64,000 bases of DNA. Origin: Podarcis liolepis. Taxonomy: Eukaryota. Made by a program: the position numbers and the translations under genes. Below, in pieces: positions 1-64,000 of this stretch. Below the pieces are notes generated by a model. It was given only the letters and a program-made list of their open reading frames with translations. It made no database searches and was not told the origin of the DNA. The stretch lies in assembly GCA_965112155.1 (NCBI GenBank), contig OZ218102.1; one strand, given 5' to 3'. Position 1 is the first letter of the stretch. Every line of letters begins with the position of its first letter.

Positions 1-156
1 CTCCCTGAAAGGCTGTTCAACTGAAGTCTCTTTTAGACATAAGGAAACATAAACAGGGGTTGCCCCTCAAGTTAGTACCTGGACAGCAGACATGCATAAT
101 ACCTGTCTCTATCTAAATTACAATCATTCTGAGTTTGCATGCAATTAGATATATAA

Positions 157-503
157 AGGTAAAGGGACCCCTGACAGTTAGGTCCAGTCGTGAACGACTC
201 GGGTTGGGGTGCTCATCTCGCTTTACTGGCCGAGGGAGCCAGTGTACAGCTTCCGGGTCATGTGGCCAGCATGACTAAGCTGCTTCTGGCGAAACCAGAG
301 CAGCGCACGGAAACGCCGTTTACCTTCCACCGGAGCGGTACCTATTTATCTACTTGCACTTTGACGTGCTGTCAAACTGCTAGGTTGGCAGGAGCAGGGA
401 CCGAACAACAGGAGCTCACCCCGCGTGGGGATTCGAACCGCCAACCTTCTGATCGGCAAGCCCTAGGCTCCCTGGTTTAGACCACAGTGCCACCTGTGTC
501 CCC
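157..503 (-). mobile_element. Sauria/Squam1-type SINE, full length
   Basis: tRNA-like head with B box (GGTTCGAATCC on minus), (ACCTTT)n tail, 14-bp TSD AATTAGATATATAA (143-156 / 505-518). Confidence 0.92.
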
Positions 504-2294
504 TAATTAGATATATAAGCATATGAAATTTTACATTTTTACTTTGTCCCCCTTTTGGTGACAAAGTCCATCTTTTTTTGCTGATGCATAAACAGCCACC
601 CTATAGTACTGTCAGCATAGCATCCTGGATACTATGATAAGCATGGGGCGAACGTAGCAACACGCTATTGAGGCAAACTTGCGGGTCTCTTTCTATCTCA
701 TCACCCCGAGTGTAAGCTCGCTTCCCAGCACAGTCGGTCGTTTACAGCCGGAAATCACTCAAGTCAATAGTCATAGCTGTGATGGCAATCAAATTCCAGC
801 TTGCAATACACAAAAGGACTCCCGCCCTCCTTTAGTGGCGAAATTGCCCCGGAGGGAAAGAGTTCAGCATGAACCTGCATGGCTGAATTAAAGTCAGCCA
901 GTGGCACAATGTGGTTAATGTAGCTCCGCTCTGGGGAAGTGTTGTCTCTACCAGTGACATCCAATGTGAGGCCAGAGGGCAGAAAAGTTCTCTGTAAAGA
1001 ATAAGGATGGGGTGGGGAGGACACTAAATATAACAGGAAACTGTAGGGTATGAGATGGGAATGCAAAGATTTAGATAGAAGTATCGTGTCAAGGCTGGAT
1101 TATACAAGCAGCAGTATGGGAGGGAAGACCAGAAAAGATCACGAGAGAATGATACTGTGGACCCAAAGCTTTTTGCCCCCGTGTTTCCAGAAAACGAGGG
1201 AATGTGCTGAAGTTGTAGACATTGCTGCCATAGGGCTTACACACACCAGAAATACCTTATTTAAGCCCAACAGACCAGTTAGTTAAGACAGCATATTTGC
1301 AAAGCCTCTGTGCGTTTACAAAGACAAAGCAGCAAAATCGTTTTGCTGAATTACAGAACACCGAGTTAAATTGGTGTTTGATTATAAGAGGAAATGTGTG
1401 GAAAACACTCCACCCCCAAAGGAGTTTGTCAGAGCTTTGGGTTTTCAAGAAATTAACACCCCTTTTGACCAACTTCTATAATCTGTTTTGTGTTTGACTT
1501 GCTTTTAGTTGTTTTTATTTTTTTAGAGTTTGCAGAAAACTTATTAACCTTACTTGAAGTTTCATTTGTGTTGTCCTTTCTCAAGGGCCCAGTTCCCATA
1601 ACAAATCCCCTGTGCAGGAAGGATCTTCTGAAGACTGCATATGCTCTGTGTGCGTGACAGCAGCTTAATATCTGGACCTGTCAGAATTGATGTTCTCCAC
1701 TCTTCCACCCCTAGTTTTAGCAGGTGGAGGGGTCTGGCTCGACAATCTCTTTTTAAACCCCAAACCAGCTGACAGCAGCACTGAATGGAAATGTAGAGAC
1801 AAGCTAGATGACGGTTCATTTCTAATCAACGTATTAAGTTTACTGACAATAATTAATGGCACATACTATTATGAATTGGGAGCCATCATCTCTACAAACA
1901 ATGATCATTCTCTGCACTGTATTGTGTGTGTGCGCGCAAGCAGAGTATGGTCAGCTGATTCATGCAGGGCCGGAAGAAAAGATCCTTTGATTGGCTCATA
2001 CATGATAGAAGCACATCACATGATGAATCGACACAAAATTGTGGGGAACAGCTCATGAGAAACATTGTAAATAAGGCAAATGGAGGTTCCAGCTGGGGGT
2101 GTCGCATCTGTGTCAGTTACTGAGACAAGGAAGTCATTACTTAAAGTCGCCACAATCATAGAACGTTCATGTGTGGATCAGCCCTTAGATCACTGGAAAG
2201 GATTCATCTTTCTGCATGATCTAACGAGTTACATAAATGCAACAAAATGGTCTCCGGGTACCCTAGGTATGCATGAGTGTTCAAATAGTTATGC

Positions 2295-2381
2295 TTTATT
2301 AAGAATATTTACAGCCGTTTTAGGTAGAGAATTCCATCAGTAAATGACCCTGAACGCACACCTTGAAAAATTATCTTTATT
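2295..2381 (-). terminator. Candidate POLR3A polyadenylation signals
   Basis: Two minus-strand AATAAA hexamers (plus TTTATT at 2295-2300 and 2376-2381) about 2 kb past the stop; others near 2960; true 3' end not determinable from sequence. Confidence 0.3.
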
Positions 2382-4364
2382 CACATCTACAGTACAGTAT
2401 AAGAAAGCAACATTTTCCCACGCTACATGAAACTGTTCACATTTTGGAAGGGAACTTCCTTTTGGAAGCTTCTGGATTCTGAGGACCAACCTGTCTTGTA
2501 TAACATTATCCACAAAACTGGGGATAGTGATCTGACATTCAGACCCGCTACTGGCTCAAAGAAGAATTTGCAGACTGCCATACAAAGCACAAACTGCAAT
2601 CACACAGTGGTCTTTGTTGCCCCATAGCCTCCCAAATACAGAGTAGCTTGTAGTGAATTTAGGGGGGTGGGAATCATCTCATTAGTACTCCAGCTTCATA
2701 CCTTTTAGTCCATGGTGCTATTAACAGCTCAGCACAGCTTTTATATGGGTTGTTACACTCAATTCCCTCTGGTGGTAGGAGAGATTTGGTAGTTCACGTT
2801 TAGATCTGGATCATCTTCTGGACTGGCTTCTACTCTAGTCTGGCTTTATCTGGAAGGCTCTGAAGTACTGTCTCCATCACAGTCTTCACCTTCAAAAAAG
2901 GCACCCAGAAAATAAGCAAATGAGTGGTCATGAATGCTATTCTGGCTGCATTACCAATTTTATTTTATTTTATTACCACTATTTTTTCGTATTATCTTTC
3001 TTTGTATTCAGAATTTGTTTCTTTATGCCTAGCAAAAAAAGAATCATGCAGTTTGCTGTACATTATCATTTTTCTTTAACAAAAAAAGCAAACAAACAAA
3101 CCAGAAGATGACCTTAATTCCTATGTTGGGGGTGATACTAACATGCACACACAAATATAATTGCGAATCAGTTAAACATTTGCTCTGATAAACAATGTAC
3201 GGTAGTTTAGGACCAACGTGAAACGCATGAATCAATATGAACTGAAAAGGGATAATTTAAACAATAAGGGCGGGGAGAGAGAGGGGCATTGCCTTCATTT
3301 CCTCATCTAGTTTTCCCCATCATGTTACTTGTTATAAAAGTATTGAAGGGTTCCTAGTACCTTCATTTACTTAAAAACTTTACTCACAAACTCTTCAACA
3401 TTCAGCAATATAAAAAGTGTCAGATGTTACAAAAGTGAGTTTTGCAGCTTTCTTACCTACAGAATATCATTGCTCTGGGGAGTAAACCCAAGGAATGTCT
3501 ACTAGACTCACTTGCACAGCCTCCACTTGCACAATTCCCAGTCATTCCCATTAGCTCATCATTAACATAACTGTGTATTAATTAAGCTGGAGAAATAGTC
3601 AGTGTATCAGTGCCTGCATTCCTGAACTTTAGCAGGTAAGATCATTCTCTAAATCTCCTAATAAATAAAATCAGTGTTGGCCATGATCCCAATGCTAACC
3701 CCCAATAGCTCCTCCCCATTCAATTCACTACCATTCAGAGCCAATTTTGATTCCCACCCCTCTGTCTTCCTCTCTTTCTGTAGTTACTCTGTGGTGGAAT
3801 CTACATGGAATGGAATGGTGTGAAATGGCCCCAAAATATAAAGAATTTCTCGGGCCACTTCCCCCCCCCCTTTTTTTATAAGAAGTTGCCACACAAAGTG
3901 TACTTGGGAAGCAAACTTTAACAGAAAAGGATATGCACTACATAGGACAGCAAACACAACCTATTTGACATCAATCCAACTGGAAATTACTTTGGACACT
4001 CTGACAGATGTTTATCACAGCTGGTAGAGGCAGCAGAAATCTTTCCTATTACTATAGCTAATGCTTCTGACAGAAATCCAGGCAAAAACGTTAAGCGTCT
4101 TCACTTTCATAGGGATTTGGTGTCCCACAATCCACGTTACAGGTTTTTGATGTAGCAGGGAAAATTATTGCTTTTAAAAACCAAACGCCGTCAGCTGAAG
4201 TTCACTGCGGATTAAGTACACAAAAGATAAACGCCTGCAGCAGTGGCGGATCAGTTGCGCACATCATGATCTCTCACTTATCCAGCCTCCAAACCCTACT
4301 TAGAGAGACATGCAGCTCCAGTTTAAAATATGCCATCTGCTTGCTGCTTGGTGCTCTCCAGCTG

Positions 4365-55021
<50,657 letters not shown>

Positions 55022-55323
55022 GGCGGCGGTTCCCCTCTCTCGCCCGGGGACGGCGCAAGGAAAGAGAACGGAGCCGTGCGGAGCCAACGCCGCCGCCTCC
55101 TCCTTCCCCTGAGCGAGCTGCACACCGGAGCCGGCAGACGGGCATCGGGCGCGTGCGTCGTGCGTCGCCGCGAAGGGTGGCCGCTTTCGGAGCCGCAGCC
55201 ACCCGGCGTCGCAGCGCCACCTAATGGCCGGAGGTGCAACGAAAGGGAAGGAGAGCGCGCAGGTGAGAGCGCGCGCGCGTGCGGGGGGACCCGCCTACCA
55301 GCCGCCCCAGACCAGAGAAAGTT

Positions 55324-55324
<1 letters not shown>

Positions 55325-55382
<58 letters not shown>
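55325..55382. repeat. (ATT)n microsatellite
   Basis: About 19 perfect units; appears to be the tail of a minus-strand L2-like 3' end. Confidence 0.95.
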
Positions 55383-56019
55383 GAATTTCTACGGCTCCCA
55401 ACACCCGAGGATCGCAGGGCGGTTTGGAACCACAACTATATTGCGCATTTTGGTACTTTCGTATTGCAAAATATTTTTTTGCTGATTAAACCGTCTATTG
55501 TGGCCTTTTAAAGTGTGTGCATTCGTTTGTTCTTATGGTATGTATTTTTGTGTTTTTCTTTTTAATAATATTTTTATTAGTTTTCCAAATTATTACAAAT
55601 CCGTCCAAATGACTTTAATGTAATGCAATTTCTTAAAATCAGGTTTCCCACTCCCGTTGCGAGCATACGTCCACCTCTTCTTCCTATTGCCACAACTTGC
55701 TTAATATCCAGGTCATCTTTTAATAGTTGTTGTCCATTCTTACAGCAAGCTGCAATTTTTGTGTTTTTCTACTGTAAACCGCCCTGTGTTTCTTCAGACG
55801 AAAGGCGGCATAGATATTGAATATATAACAGTCATCTATCAAGTGAAGCTGTGAGATTAGCTGGCAGGCGAGCGGTGCCTTATGACAGGCAACCTTAAAG
55901 GGTTTAAAGCCGACATTGCTTGTCCTCACGATACAAAGAAAAGCCGACACGCAGGTCAGCGATTTGGAAACGAGTTTCTTTTCTTTCTTAGTAAAGAGGT
56001 CACCCAGGCATCCGTACCG

Positions 56020-56181
56020 ACACTCGGAAGTCTCTATGGTCGCCCGTCGACTTCCGTCGACGCGTTTTCTGTGCCCTCCCCTTTGGACGCGAAGGCCCGC
56101 CTCCTTTTCCTCCGCGCGAGCGCCGCTATATGATTGGCTGCCGAAAGTTCCTTCCTTCCTTTTGCCGGAGACGCCGCCAAG
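56020..56181 (+). promoter_or_regulatory. RPS24 core promoter / 5'TOP
   Basis: CpG-rich; opposed ETS/GABP-like sites CGGAAGT (56025) and ACTTCCG (56050); TATATG at 56127; ATTGG box; oligopyrimidine tract TTCCTTCCTTCCTTTT at 56148-56163. Confidence 0.75.
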
Positions 56182-63373
<7,192 letters not shown>

Positions 63374-63376
<3 letters not shown>

Positions 63377-63397
63377 GCCAGCAGTGGATTTTAACAG
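63374..63397 (+). CDS. RPS24: RPS24 24-nt alternative exon beginning with TGA stop (equivalent of mammalian 22-nt exon)
   Basis: TTTCTTACAG|TGAGCCAGCAGTGGATTTTAACAG|GTAAAA. Confidence 0.85.
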
Positions 63398-63893
63398 GTA
63401 AAAGTACATCCATCCTTCATTGCTGAGGGACCTGCTTATTGCTAGTCTCTTCAGAAGTTCATTCCTCCTGAAGGCTGTCTGATAACTGATGGTTAACTTC
63501 CTTCATTGGGGTTCTTTAAAAACCTCCTTTAGGTGCATGTCACAGTAACTATCATAAATATCTGCAGCAGGGAGTAGTTCTTCCTTGAAGGGTATTGTGG
63601 GGAGTGATCTGGCTCCTCAGCACAGCCTAACTCCTCCCATCTTCAAGGCTTGGGGAAAGAGGTGGGCAGAGCAGTCAAAGCTAAAATGCCCCCCACATTA
63701 TCTTCAGAGTCTTCTGAACAGTTGGGGCAACTGCCTGGATTGAAATTGCCACACAATTGAAAAATCCCTTTTAGACATGCTTGTCAAAATTTATTTACTT
63801 ACAGTTGGTGGGGGGAGAATTCCTTAGCTTTATAAAACGAACGTATATTTAGTGCACGATATTGACTGACATTCTCTTCCCTTTCCTTTACAG

Positions 63894-63975
63894 AAATTAA
63901 ATTATCCTGGCAGAAAATATATGGAGATTGTACTGTTGTGTTGCATTCCGGTCAAATAAATTCTGTGAAAACTCA
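63894..63975 (+). other. RPS24: RPS24 terminal exon with polyA signal
   Basis: Branch CTGAC, strong pyrimidine tract, TTTACAG acceptor; AATAAA at 63955-63960; 3' end approximate. Confidence 0.85.
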
Positions 63976-64000
63976 AATGATGGGCTCCTAGAATTTACTT

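Noticed and set aside
764-1066. 100-aa minus-strand ORF with an acceptor-like TCTTTACAG at ~992
   Set aside because: No recognisable protein in any frame and no partner exons; cannot support a gene.

Overview
Vertebrate genomic DNA, almost certainly from a squamate reptile and probably a lacertid lizard, judged from the Sauria/Squam-type SINE, L2, RTE and MITE content. The window holds the complete 31-exon POLR3A gene (RNA polymerase III largest subunit) on the minus strand. Its CDS spans 55021->4365, and the exon lengths I reconstructed sum to 4173 nt = 1390 aa + stop, with all introns GT-AG and the catalytic NADFDGD motif intact. RPS24 lies head-to-head on the plus strand (ATG 56182), with its alternatively spliced 3' cassette (3-nt, 18-nt and 24-nt microexons plus a terminal exon). 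The introns are dense with transposable elements: Sauria SINEs with TSDs, tRNA-headed CR1-tailed SINEs, Tc1/mariner-pogo and hAT MITEs, L2/L1/RTE/CR1 fragments and at least three solo LTRs. Main leads: (i) two dissimilar Gypsy-like solo LTRs that each carry an ORF starting at LTR base 2 and ending in a similar basic 'RR..R..[KR][LV]L[CS]W' motif, a candidate LTR-encoded accessory protein; (ii) an RPS24 terminal exon that would give a 21-aa C-terminal tail instead of the mammalian PKE, plus a candidate extra 14-nt stop microexon; (iii) an antisense ERV-like LTR 39 bp from a POLR3A donor site, an antisense intact Pol III promoter inside POLR3A, and inverted-repeat pairs and a hairpin that could structure the POLR3A pre-mRNA. 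One assembly gap at 9952-10087. Comparisons to human sequences are from memory, not from a database search.
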